Virus record (IMG/VR): IMGVR_UViG_3300050343_000142
Length of the DNA stretch: 32,556 nucleotides
Source: an uncultured virus (IMG/VR IMGVR_UViG_3300050343_000142)
Taxonomy: Duplodnaviria > Heunggongvirae > Uroviricota > Caudoviricetes
Direction: 5' to 3' (one strand)
The notes under the pieces were generated by a model. That model was not told the DNA's origin, ran no database searches, and worked only from the letters and a program-made list of their open reading frames with translations. A program made the position numbers and the translations under genes. Below, piece after piece: positions 1-8,267 of the stretch (positions are counted from its first letter, which is position 1; each line of letters begins with the position of its first letter).

Positions 1-64
1 TTTAAAGAATCAATGTGACCATCATCCTGCCTTAGTACTATCTGATTGCTACGGCTGTTTCTAA
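1..64 (+). CDS. 3' end of small membrane protein (full copy at 31666..31914)
   Basis: Mirror of the C-terminus of the 31666..31914 ORF. Confidence 0.6.
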   Translation, partial: LKNQCDHHPALVLSDCYGCF

Positions 65-148
65 TACAGCACAACTGCTCATCAAGTTTGACTTGGTGGG
101 CAGCATGGTGTGTTAGTCCAACATACCACTAAAAGAAAGGAGATGCAT

Positions 149-340
149 ATGCAATGTATCAAAACGGTTCCGTCTTCTAAGACGAAGGAGGAACAGTGTA
201 CATATCCACCTTATGTCCAGAGTCAAACGGATAAGAGGGAGGTCTTGTGTAGGTTCCATTTGATGGATAAAGTCGTAAGACATGCACATGAAAAGAAGCA
301 AACAGTTGAACAGACTGTAGCTGATTTAAACATAAGCTAA
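149..340 (+). CDS. Hypothetical protein, possible Zn-binding (Cys/His)
   Basis: ACTAAAAGAAAGGAG leader before ATG 149. Confidence 0.7.
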   Translation: MQCIKTVPSSKTKEEQCTYPPYVQSQTDKREVLCRFHLMDKVVRHAHEKKQTVEQTVADLNIS

Positions 341-361
341 AACTGAAAGAGAGGAAGCTAT

Positions 362-424
362 ATGGATGCTAAAGATATAGTGCGTAATCCAAACGCATTA
401 GAAGCTATGTACGATATTAGCTAA
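362..424 (+). CDS. 20-aa microprotein MDAKDIVRNPNALEAMYDIS
   Basis: GAGGAAG SD before ATG; stop overlaps the conserved hairpin as in neighbouring genes. Confidence 0.5.
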   Translation: MDAKDIVRNPNALEAMYDIS

Positions 425-495
425 TAGCTCGGAGCCTATTGAAAGGTAGGCTCTAAGGTATTAACACAAGGTTAATCCAATACTAAAGGAGAGAC

Positions 496-810
496 ATGAA
501 TCTAATCATGAGACTAATACATGCAGTACCACTGTATGTTTTCATGGTCATTGAAAACTATCGTTTCTATGGCGTGAATTATGTTACCAGTTTGACACAC
601 TGGTGGCGTGTAGAGGTATATACAATTACGGACTACAAGAAGTATGTGTTGTGTGAGCACATCAAGGAGTTCAGTAGTTGGTATGGACCTAAGCGTAGAT
701 ACAACCATACTAAACATTCTTTAAAGAAGTTAGAGAGTGTTCTGGATGAAGTTGAACAAGAAAATAGAAGGCAACAATTTCTTGAACTAGATACAAATTA
801 TCCACGCTAA
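496..810 (+). CDS. Hypothetical protein
   Basis: TACTAAAGGAG leader; 104-aa ORF ending at hairpin. Confidence 0.75.
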   Translation: MNLIMRLIHAVPLYVFMVIENYRFYGVNYVTSLTHWWRVEVYTITDYKKYVLCEHIKEFSSWYGPKRRYNHTKHSLKKLESVLDEVEQENRRQQFLELDTNYPR

Positions 811-880
811 TAGCTCGGAGTTCATTTATGAGGTGAACTCTAGGGTATTAACAATGATACCACTAAAAAAAGGAGACTAT

Positions 881-1081
881 ATGAAGAAGAGTCTATTCAA
901 GAAAATCACTTATCTAATTGAGTGTTTTTATAGTTTAGCAAAAGGTAGATACACTGCTGACATTGAAGCATTGAATATTGCTATGGATGTTTATGGAAAG
1001 TATCTATTTGTGAACCTAGGTGAATTCGAGGGAGCACCTAAGTTAATGTTGTTCACAGCAAACTGTTGTCCCGACTGTTAA
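881..1081 (+). CDS. Hypothetical protein ending CCPDC
   Basis: ACTAAAAAAAGGAG leader places the start at ATG 881. Confidence 0.7.
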   Translation: MKKSLFKKITYLIECFYSLAKGRYTADIEALNIAMDVYGKYLFVNLGEFEGAPKLMLFTANCCPDC

Positions 1082-1154
1082 TAACTCGGAGCTCATTGTA
1101 ATGATGGGCTCTAGGGTATTGACACAAGGTTAGTACTAAAAGAAGGAGGGCTAA

Positions 1155-1334
1155 ATGCCTAGAATAAAAGATACTGCCAAAGTTATATTGTCAGACGAGA
1201 CAAGGGACGAGATGGTATATACGTGGAATGCATTCAACTTGGATGTTACCAAAGAAAGAAAACGAGAGCTTATGGGTCTTGTTTGGATACCAGCTTATGT
1301 CAATTGTTTCTTTAAGGAAATGATAGATAGCTAA
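1155..1334 (+). CDS. Hypothetical 59-aa protein
   Basis: TACTAAAAGAAGGAGG leader; open frame to TAA in hairpin. Confidence 0.7.
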   Translation: MPRIKDTAKVILSDETRDEMVYTWNAFNLDVTKERKRELMGLVWIPAYVNCFFKEMIDS

Positions 1335-1406
1335 TAGCTCGGAGCTCATTCACGTGGGCTCTAGGGTGTTAGTAATTCGACTAACCCACTAAAAGAAGGA
1401 GACTAT

Positions 1407-1565
1407 ATGAAGAAGATATTTGTAATCGAGCAAATTGTCAAAGAACAATATAAGGTCGAAGCAAATAATGAGGAAGAAGCTACCTCTAAACTTCAAGATA
1501 TGACTGCTGAACCATTCTTACAGGAAGGTATCAGTTTGAGAATTCTTGAGACTAGAACTAAGTAA
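1407..1565 (+). CDS. 52-aa protein with VEANNEEEA motif (DpnD/PcfM-like small phage protein)
   Basis: ACTAAAAGAAGGAG leader; family resemblance from motif recall only. Confidence 0.65.
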   Translation: MKKIFVIEQIVKEQYKVEANNEEEATSKLQDMTAEPFLQEGISLRILETRTK

Positions 1566-1580
1566 AAGAAAGGAGGCTTT

Positions 1581-1706
1581 ATGTTATGTAGTCATTGTGG
1601 TAAATCCATGAAGAATACAAAAGTAAAGTTTAGAAAGTTCATGAGGCAAGGTGTAGTAGGTATGGCTCCTACTTGCAATGATTGTTATATGTCATGGGCA
1701 ATATAG
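1581..1706 (+). CDS. 41-aa zinc-ribbon microprotein (CSHC...CNDC)
   Basis: AGAAAGGAGG SD; two CxxC motifs. Confidence 0.65.
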   Translation: MLCSHCGKSMKNTKVKFRKFMRQGVVGMAPTCNDCYMSWAI

Positions 1707-1862
1707 CTTAAACAGCTCGGACCTACTAGATATAGTGGGTCTAGGGTGTTTAACACCAACATTATAAATATTGAGTTGACGTAGCAGTATTAATAATGTA
1801 CAGTAAAAACTACAGATTGAGCGTCAACCTCAATCCGTATAACCAATAAAAAAGGAGATAAA

Positions 1863-3863
1863 TTGAAAGTAGAAAATCTATCGTTTAACGAGATGATTGT
1901 TCAATTTGTAGCTATGTTGGAGGAACTACCAAGTCAAATGCATGAGCAATCATGTAACTGGCTTACTGGTGGAGATGCCGACTTTGAGTACGATGACATG
2001 GATGACCTTGTCAATAATCACTTCGATAGTGAGGATGAGTTGTACTACTACCTTTACGAAAGATTCGTAGATGTAGCAGTTGCTCGCCATAGTTCTCAAA
2101 ACGTTTCACGACGTAGAGCTACGTTCAATGCAAGTGATGAGCATGCCTCATTCAACCATAGTTACTATTCTCACAGGAGAATGTATATTGTGGAAGCATT
2201 GGAGAATGCTAGATATGAAGTAGAAGCAACGGAGAATACTCTTCGTGTACGTTTCTTCGAGTATGTGCCAACTAGACCTGATATGAAGAACTGGTTGTTC
2301 TTATCATATGATGGTGAGGAACGCAGATATGGAAACATAGCTAGTCACTGGAAGATAGAAATGTTCAAGCGTAAGCTTGTTGCTACTGCTGGTATGAGAG
2401 AGAGTTCAAGAACTAGAAAGTTCTGTCCTCACTGTCGTGCAGTATGTAACCCTACGACTGACATGTTCACTATCAACCAGGGTAGAAGTCGACCAATTAA
2501 AGTATGTGTGTTATGCACAATATACTTTTATGACTTCTATGAATTGAGCACTGGCACTTTCCACTATGTAGGTAACGAAGATGACTTAGATACTGTTGAC
2601 TATTCAGCAGAACTAATCACTAGAGTTACTGACTTACGTAACTTCAAACGTTACGACTTAGTGGACTGGATAAAAGACCGAGTTGGTGTGGTACCATTCA
2701 TTCCTAATTACAATTATGAAGACTACCACTCTGAACTAAATTGGTCCTTTTGGCAGACTACTGACCAAGGTACTGTAGCTATACCTAATAATAGATATGG
2801 CACTACAGTACAGAGGGATGTAACCCATGAGTCCAAAGAGTATGCTCGTAAGGGTATACCGATTGGAATGGAATTGGAAGTTCAATATAGGGACTTACAA
2901 GACCAACTAACTGGTGGAATACGTAAACTATTACATCCATTGCATAAGGATTTTCCTTATAACAATGAGAGATTACGTAGTACAAACAATCAGTTAGCTA
3001 TTGGGTCATACGACGTATCGACTGGTAGACATGGTCTGGAGTTCAAGTTCCAACCTATGTCACATCAGTTCGTTGCAAAACTACCCGATGACTTCTTTGA
3101 GACTTTGGTCTCAGAGTTCAGAGGATACAATGCAAAACGTTGTGGTATTCATATGAATATCCCCAAGAGTGTACTAAGTACAGGTCAGTACTGGTTCTTT
3201 ATCGCTTGGCACAATATGAGACTATGGGAATACACTCACGCAAGTGAAGATGGTTACCATAACATATTGGGTGACATCTATCAGAGAGTAGATGCAGAAT
3301 ATGCTAAGTGGTTAAGTCTTACTGAAGTGTCAATACCAGAGTCTGGATACGACTTTGAATGTCGCTGTGGTAATCATGATGGTGAGTCTCAAGTAGTTAC
3401 TATTGCTTGTAGCACATCAAGATACCTAGCAAGGCGAACTTCAAGTCCTGACAGAGCGTGCTGGATTAACATAGAGAATGCTGACAGAGTGGAAGTTAGA
3501 GCGTTTGCTTCAAATACATTGAAGTCCAGACTGCTCAAGAACTACCAGTTCTTAGATGCTTTCATGACTTATGCTGACGCAGTAACACTCAGTTACAAAA
3601 CTAATCAAATGCAAAATATCAATGGTGGTATACAGAAGGAGCTTGAAGCTGCTTTTGAACCAGACGATTTAGGTATTGTTTTGAATCACTTAAACAATCA
3701 ATACCTGTTTGTATCTTGGTTAGATGCAACTGGTTATTGCCATCAGTATCCAGAACTCACGGAATACTTGGACTCGAAAGGGTACAGAGCCAGAGCCAAT
3801 GAGGCTATGGAATCTAGTGCTTCGTTCAAAGAACAAGTAGACCATGTAGTTAACTGGTCATAA
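1863..3863 (+). CDS. Putative amidoligase (COOH-NH2 ligase/Amidoligase_2-like) with long N-terminal region containing CxxC pairs
   Basis: Motifs GMELEV, GLEFKFQPM, CGIHMNI, RVEVRAF; adjacent to a class II glutamine amidotransferase. Confidence 0.75.
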   Translation: MKVENLSFNEMIVQFVAMLEELPSQMHEQSCNWLTGGDADFEYDDMDDLVNNHFDSEDELYYYLYERFVDVAVARHSSQNVSRRRATFNASDEHASFNHSYYSHRRMYIVEALENARYEVEATENTLRVRFFEYVPTRPDMKNWLFLSYDGEERRYGNIASHWKIEMFKRKLVATAGMRESSRTRKFCPHCRAVCNPTTDMFTINQGRSRPIKVCVLCTIYFYDFYELSTGTFHYVGNEDDLDTVDYSAELITRVTDLRNFKRYDLVDWIKDRVGVVPFIPNYNYEDYHSELNWSFWQTTDQGTVAIPNNRYGTTVQRDVTHESKEYARKGIPIGMELEVQYRDLQDQLTGGIRKLLHPLHKDFPYNNERLRSTNNQLAIGSYDVSTGRHGLEFKFQPMSHQFVAKLPDDFFETLVSEFRGYNAKRCGIHMNIPKSVLSTGQYWFFIAWHNMRLWEYTHASEDGYHNILGDIYQRVDAEYAKWLSLTEVSIPESGYDFECRCGNHDGESQVVTIACSTSRYLARRTSSPDRACWINIENADRVEVRAFASNTLKSRLLKNYQFLDAFMTYADAVTLSYKTNQMQNINGGIQKELEAAFEPDDLGIVLNHLNNQYLFVSWLDATGYCHQYPELTEYLDSKGYRARANEAMESSASFKEQVDHVVNWS

Positions 3864-3972
3864 GTAGATAGCTAGAGCCCATCTGAAATATGGTGGGCTC
3901 GATGGTATCTATATAGGAAAGGATACTAGGTGAAGTTCATACCTAAAAGTTGAACAATAAGGAGGTACACAA

Positions 3973-5034
3973 TTGTGTATTATAGCTAGTGTTCCAGCAG
4001 GAGCACAAGTAACCAAAGACCAACTATCAGAGATGTGGACACGCAACCCTGATGGTGGTGGTATTGCATATTTCGTCGATGGCGAAATCAAAGTAGAGAA
4101 AGATATGGAACGTGAAAGTTTTATTGACACTGTACTTGAGACGCAGAAGAAATATGGTAATCGAGACATATTAGTACATATGAGAATAGCAACTCATGGT
4201 GCTGTATGCATCGACAATACTCACCCGTTTGAGGTCAACAAGAACACAGTCATGGCACATAATGGTATATTGCCAGAAGCATTTATACCACCAGCTAAGT
4301 CTGCGTTATCTGACACTCGATTCTTCATAGATTACTTTATGAAGTACATTCCAGTGCAGAAATTGGATGACCCTTACTTCCAAGACATGGTTGACGAAAT
4401 GATTAACCAAGGTTACGGAAATAAGTTGGTGTTCTTAACATCTGCTAAGACTAAGTATGACACTTATATCATAGGTGAAAAGCTTGGTGTATGGGATGGA
4501 GGTGTGTGGTTTAGTAACAGCTCTTACGAGAGTAGGAAGTTTGTTAGCTACAACTACCATCGAGGAACAACTCAAACGATAGATGGCGTAACTATCTCAG
4601 ATAATTGCGAAATCTTACCAATAGTTGATGACGTCGACTTAGTAGAAGAAGGCGAAATCAATGACTGGTTGGTTTACCATTCAGACCTGTGGCTACCATT
4701 CCAAGAAGTTGGAGTGCTTGACCACAAGGAAATGAAAGATTCGTTCTGTGTCGAAATGACATGGGACGGTCTTCGTTGTTCTGAGTGTGGTAAGACTGTA
4801 GCTGGTATCTATGAAAGAATGTGCAACTCAGATTGTAAATCAATCGAGCATGTAATTGATTGGGTATATGACAACATCGAAGCATCTGACGAGATGATTG
4901 ATGCAGCTTTGTATTCAGGAATGCTCTACCAAGGTGGAGAACCTGTTACAGACGGTCAGCCTACTTTGTTTGACATGTCTACTAAGACTAAGAAAAAGTC
5001 TAAGAAGAATAAATCAAACAAAAAGTCTAAGTAG
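3973..5034 (+). CDS. Class II (Ntn) glutamine amidotransferase
   Basis: N-terminal Cys (MCIIA), NPDGGG, HMRIATHG, HPF, HNG, SDT motifs. Confidence 0.9.
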   Translation: MCIIASVPAGAQVTKDQLSEMWTRNPDGGGIAYFVDGEIKVEKDMERESFIDTVLETQKKYGNRDILVHMRIATHGAVCIDNTHPFEVNKNTVMAHNGILPEAFIPPAKSALSDTRFFIDYFMKYIPVQKLDDPYFQDMVDEMINQGYGNKLVFLTSAKTKYDTYIIGEKLGVWDGGVWFSNSSYESRKFVSYNYHRGTTQTIDGVTISDNCEILPIVDDVDLVEEGEINDWLVYHSDLWLPFQEVGVLDHKEMKDSFCVEMTWDGLRCSECGKTVAGIYERMCNSDCKSIEHVIDWVYDNIEASDEMIDAALYSGMLYQGGEPVTDGQPTLFDMSTKTKKKSKKNKSNKKSK

Positions 5035-5138
5035 TACTTAGCTTATCGGGGTATCAAGTTTCATGCTTGGTGCCCCGTCAGGTAAGTAAAACGCTTACCC
5101 ATGTAGAAATACATGCCAATACTAAAAGGAGAAAGACT

Positions 5139-5720
5139 ATGAACAAACCAATACCAAAGTTCCTTCATGAAGACCTGAAGAAGCTTATTGGAAAAAGGAA
5201 TCCAACACAAGATGACGTTAGCAAGTTACTTGAGTTGGTGTTCACAACTAAATATCGTTGGACAGAACGTGTTATGCAATACCAAAATGTTCACTATGAG
5301 GCAGAAACTCATGTATCTTTAGAGGATATGCTAGAAGATAGTGGTGAGCTAAGCGACTTAATTGAAGCTTGGCAACGAGGTGATGTAGAAGAATGCACCG
5401 CCATTATTGGTAATGCAGTTGACGTAGCTGAGGACGACTTACATGACAATCGTTGGGACCATTCAGATGAGGTAGATAGAGACTACCTTGATGAAGAGTT
5501 TGAAGATACGATTGACTCAGATGTGGATACGTTCGTAACTACTAGACAACAAGGTACATCCTGGATGGGCGAGCGACTCAGAGACTATCATAGTCATGAG
5601 GGTCAACAGCACTTCTTTACATGGAAAAACATCGTCAATTGGTTCGCCAATAGACGAAGTACTCCTATGAACACGGCTGCTCATGTAAGATACACGAGAC
5701 AGGATGAGGAGACGAACTAA
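5139..5720 (+). CDS. Acidic hypothetical protein
   Basis: TACTAAAAGGAG leader places the start at ATG 5139. Confidence 0.75.
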   Translation: MNKPIPKFLHEDLKKLIGKRNPTQDDVSKLLELVFTTKYRWTERVMQYQNVHYEAETHVSLEDMLEDSGELSDLIEAWQRGDVEECTAIIGNAVDVAEDDLHDNRWDHSDEVDRDYLDEEFEDTIDSDVDTFVTTRQQGTSWMGERLRDYHSHEGQQHFFTWKNIVNWFANRRSTPMNTAAHVRYTRQDEETN

Positions 5721-5834
5721 AGCTAGCTAGTAGCTAACCTCCCTCTACTTAATTGTGGGGGGAGACAGGTGCTAGCACCCGTTAAGTACTACGACGTTAC
5801 TGTAGTGCACATACTAAAAAAAGGAGATACACTT

Positions 5835-6884
5835 ATGTGTAGAGAAGAATGCTATTCTGTAGTTCCCGAACTGCAGTCTTATAGCCATAAGCCAGAAGTC
5901 AAGTACATTGATACTCGATTCATGACCCTAGGTGGTTATGACCCAGGTAATCATACTGTATTTGTTGGTCATCATGCCGATAAAACAGAAGAGTACTTGA
6001 AATCTGCTGTCGATGCTACTGATGGATTCATTCCGATGGGAGTGGAAATAGAAGTAGAACACACATCAGAAACCGACCACGGTATGAGTAGAGGTGAATC
6101 TACAGAGGAAGCTCTGATAGAATTACATGACTACTCACCACACTATATTGACGAGTCAGACTCAAGACTTAGACAATTAATAATTGCTAAGACTGACAGC
6201 TCACTTAGTCATGGTGTGGAGTTCGTAACACAACCTATGACTGTTAGAGCTCATAAGTTGATGAACTGGGAAGCATTGCAGAGTAAAGGCTTTTATGCCT
6301 GGAATGCGAGTACTGCAGGAATGCATGTACATCTTCCTAAGTCATACTTTACGACTACTCAGTTGTGGTTGTTCTTAAAGTTATATCAAAACCTCTGGAC
6401 GTCAGAGAAAGATTACTTTAACTGGCTAGCTGGTAGAGCAGAAAACAGTTGGGCTAAAAGGCAAATGCCTTTCAGAAACTCAGCTGATAACAATCTACTA
6501 GCAGTTGCTTCTACAAAGTGGGACGATAGACGAGACAGATATTCTGCCTTGAACTTCCTCAATGCCTATACAATTGAGTTAAGGTTCTTTCGTTCTAACA
6601 TGAACATCGATGGACTATTAAGTAGACTTGAATTCGTTCAAGCATCTTATGACTTCGTTTGTGTTCTAAGTAGACTCAACAAGAAAGATATGTTCGATGC
6701 TATAAACTTCGGACTATCAAAGCAGTTACATCTGTTTATGATTGGTAACAAATCAGAGTATCCAATCATCTCAGAGAGATTGCTTAATACAAATAAGTTC
6801 GGTGTTACATCTGACTTCGTTAACGAAGACATGGTGATACCATCGTTAATCAATGGGTTAAACCAAGTAAGGAAAGGAGCGTAG
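5835..6884 (+). CDS. Putative amidoligase (Amidoligase_2-like), second paralogue
   Basis: GVEIEVE, DSSLSHGVEFVTQP, AGMHVH, RYSALN, TIELRFF; start at ATG 5835 after AAAGGAG. Confidence 0.85.
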   Translation: MCREECYSVVPELQSYSHKPEVKYIDTRFMTLGGYDPGNHTVFVGHHADKTEEYLKSAVDATDGFIPMGVEIEVEHTSETDHGMSRGESTEEALIELHDYSPHYIDESDSRLRQLIIAKTDSSLSHGVEFVTQPMTVRAHKLMNWEALQSKGFYAWNASTAGMHVHLPKSYFTTTQLWLFLKLYQNLWTSEKDYFNWLAGRAENSWAKRQMPFRNSADNNLLAVASTKWDDRRDRYSALNFLNAYTIELRFFRSNMNIDGLLSRLEFVQASYDFVCVLSRLNKKDMFDAINFGLSKQLHLFMIGNKSEYPIISERLLNTNKFGVTSDFVNEDMVIPSLINGLNQVRKGA

Positions 6885-7030
6885 TGGATACAATACTAAC
6901 TGCTACAATCTGGTTCTTCCTCACTATCGGCTTGGCAGGTGCAATTGCATTCTACCTATCCAAAGACGTCGACATGAGCGACGATTATAGGACTATCTAT
7001 AATTGGTACTCTGACGACGACGAGGAGTAA
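6884..7030 (+). CDS. 48-aa single-pass membrane protein with acidic tail
   Basis: AAAGGAG SD; GTG overlaps upstream TAG; hydrophobic stretch then DDDEE. Confidence 0.65.
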   Translation: MDTILTATIWFFLTIGLAGAIAFYLSKDVDMSDDYRTIYNWYSDDDEE

Positions 7031-7035
7031 CCTAA

Positions 7036-7078
7036 AGCCTGGATGGTCGCATGGAGGGTTCGACTCCCTCCACAGGCT
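7036..7078 (+). ncRNA. Minimal tRNA-like element (acceptor-like stem plus T-arm)
   Basis: AGCCTG/CAGGCT stem with GAGGG-TTCGACT-CCCTC; no D stem or anticodon arm. Confidence 0.55.
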
Positions 7079-7311
7079 CTTTAACCAATAAATTCCAAAC
7101 GTAAAGTTATGGTGGCAGTTTGTTAGGCTGTACATGACTTTAAGTACATGTCTTATAACGGGGGAGAGGTCTGTCCAAACTGGATTTCAACTTTCACCAT
7201 TTTTCACCATCATCCACCATATTTCAGCTTGCTTCCTATCTTGACGTCCAATATCTGAAGGTTATATATTTAGTTAAATAGTCCTAAGATGGAACTAAAG
7301 ATATTATCCGA

Positions 7312-7381
7312 AAATCCCGTGTTTTTTTATCACTCATCAATAGGGTAAATCCCGTAAAAATAAAGCACACATCAATAGGGT
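7312..7381. repeat. Two imperfect 35-bp tandem repeats
   Basis: AAATCCCGT-n14-CATCAATAGGGT twice. Confidence 0.75.
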
Positions 7382-7706
7382 TTGATGACGAGATTTCTCT
7401 TCCACGCTTCCCTGGGAGAGTAAACGGCTTCTCTTGTTAATAAATCTAATAAGGGAACGCACGAATTGGGAGAGGTGCGTCCAAAATGAAATTCGACCTC
7501 GTTTTTGACATCAAACCACTACATATAGTATGTTTTCCGTGATGTCGAAACTCGCTCCGAACCTGCCATTCTGTGTTTCCACAATGTATTAAGATGTAGA
7601 TAAATCTATTAAGAGATAGCGAAGCGTCCTGCAGAAGACGGCGATTCTGGGTACATCAAGTCAATGTTTATAGGCTTTTAAAAGGAATCTCAGATGGGTT
7701 ACTGCG

Positions 7707-8060
7707 TTAGCGTATGTACCAATCTCCACTTTCAATAACAGGATAACCACGATTAAACTGAAAAACATAAGCAATTGCAGTCGTGTCGTCCTCTAAATAA
7801 ATTTCTTCATCCATATAAAGATAAGGAACACCCTCAATGGTATCTAATGCTTTCTTGGTTAAATCGTCTATTTCCCATAATTCTCCCTGTATTTCTTGAA
7901 TACCCTCTTTACACAGAGCTGGGAACATTCCGACATCAACCAATGTATATAAAGGTTTTGTCTTAATATCTTTAATATATTTAGCGTCTAAGTTGTCGGA
8001 TAACATAAAAGAACGGCTATCGCCTTTTCTCAATGTTCCATATACAAATATCTTAATCAT
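7707..8060 (-). CDS. Gamma-glutamylcyclotransferase (AIG2/GGACT family)
   Basis: IFVYGTLRKG, FPAL, GELWEI, LDTIEG motifs. Confidence 0.92.
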   Translation of the reverse strand: MIKIFVYGTLRKGDSRSFMLSDNLDAKYIKDIKTKPLYTLVDVGMFPALCKEGIQEIQGELWEIDDLTKKALDTIEGVPYLYMDEEIYLEDDTTAIAYVFQFNRGYPVIESGDWYIR

Positions 8061-8185
8061 TCAGTTTCCTTTCAAAGTAAGACACAAAGTCGTCATTTAA
8101 ACTCCATATCTTAATAATCCTTACAACGTTGTCCAAGTACCTATATACTTTTCTCGTCATAGCTATTCTAATTTTCTCAATCATG

Positions 8186-8262
8186 TGGACGTGGAGGGAA
8201 TCGAACCCTCGTTACCTAATACAATGTACACCATACAAGTTTAAGTCTATCCATTCACGCCC
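8186..8262 (-). ncRNA. tmRNA-like tRNA domain without an mRNA-like domain (77 nt)
   Basis: Acceptor GGGCGTG/CACGTCC with G3-U70 and A73; stemless D-loop AATGGATAGAC; T-arm GAGGG-TTCGATT-CCCTC. Confidence 0.65.
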
Positions 8263-8267
8263 TAGTT

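Larger units (their letters stand above)
61..5776 (+). repeat. Dispersed intergenic hairpin family at about 61-116, 422-463, 808-850, 1078-1122, 1331-1372, 1709-1753, 3865-3911, 5035-5088, 5726-5776
   Basis: Outer stem, then (A)GCT/AGG(T) internal loop, then inner hairpin; each lies right after a stop codon, e.g. TAATAGCTCGGAG...CTCTAGGGTATTA. Confidence 0.85.
1..7721. repeat. Long inverted repeat, left arm (truncated by window start)
   Basis: Reverse complement of 24008..31729; ORF track mirrored; identity ends at 7721/24008. Confidence 0.97.

Noticed and set aside
422..1753. CRISPR array or integron attC array
   Set aside because: The repeats are variable hairpins separated by whole genes; there is no cas or integrase gene and no attC RYYYAAC/GTTRRRY ends.
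8186..8262. Canonical tRNA-Thr(GGT) or tRNA-Ala
   Set aside because: There is no D-stem and no proper 5-bp stem with 7-nt anticodon loop; the Ala acceptor identity conflicts with a GGT loop.
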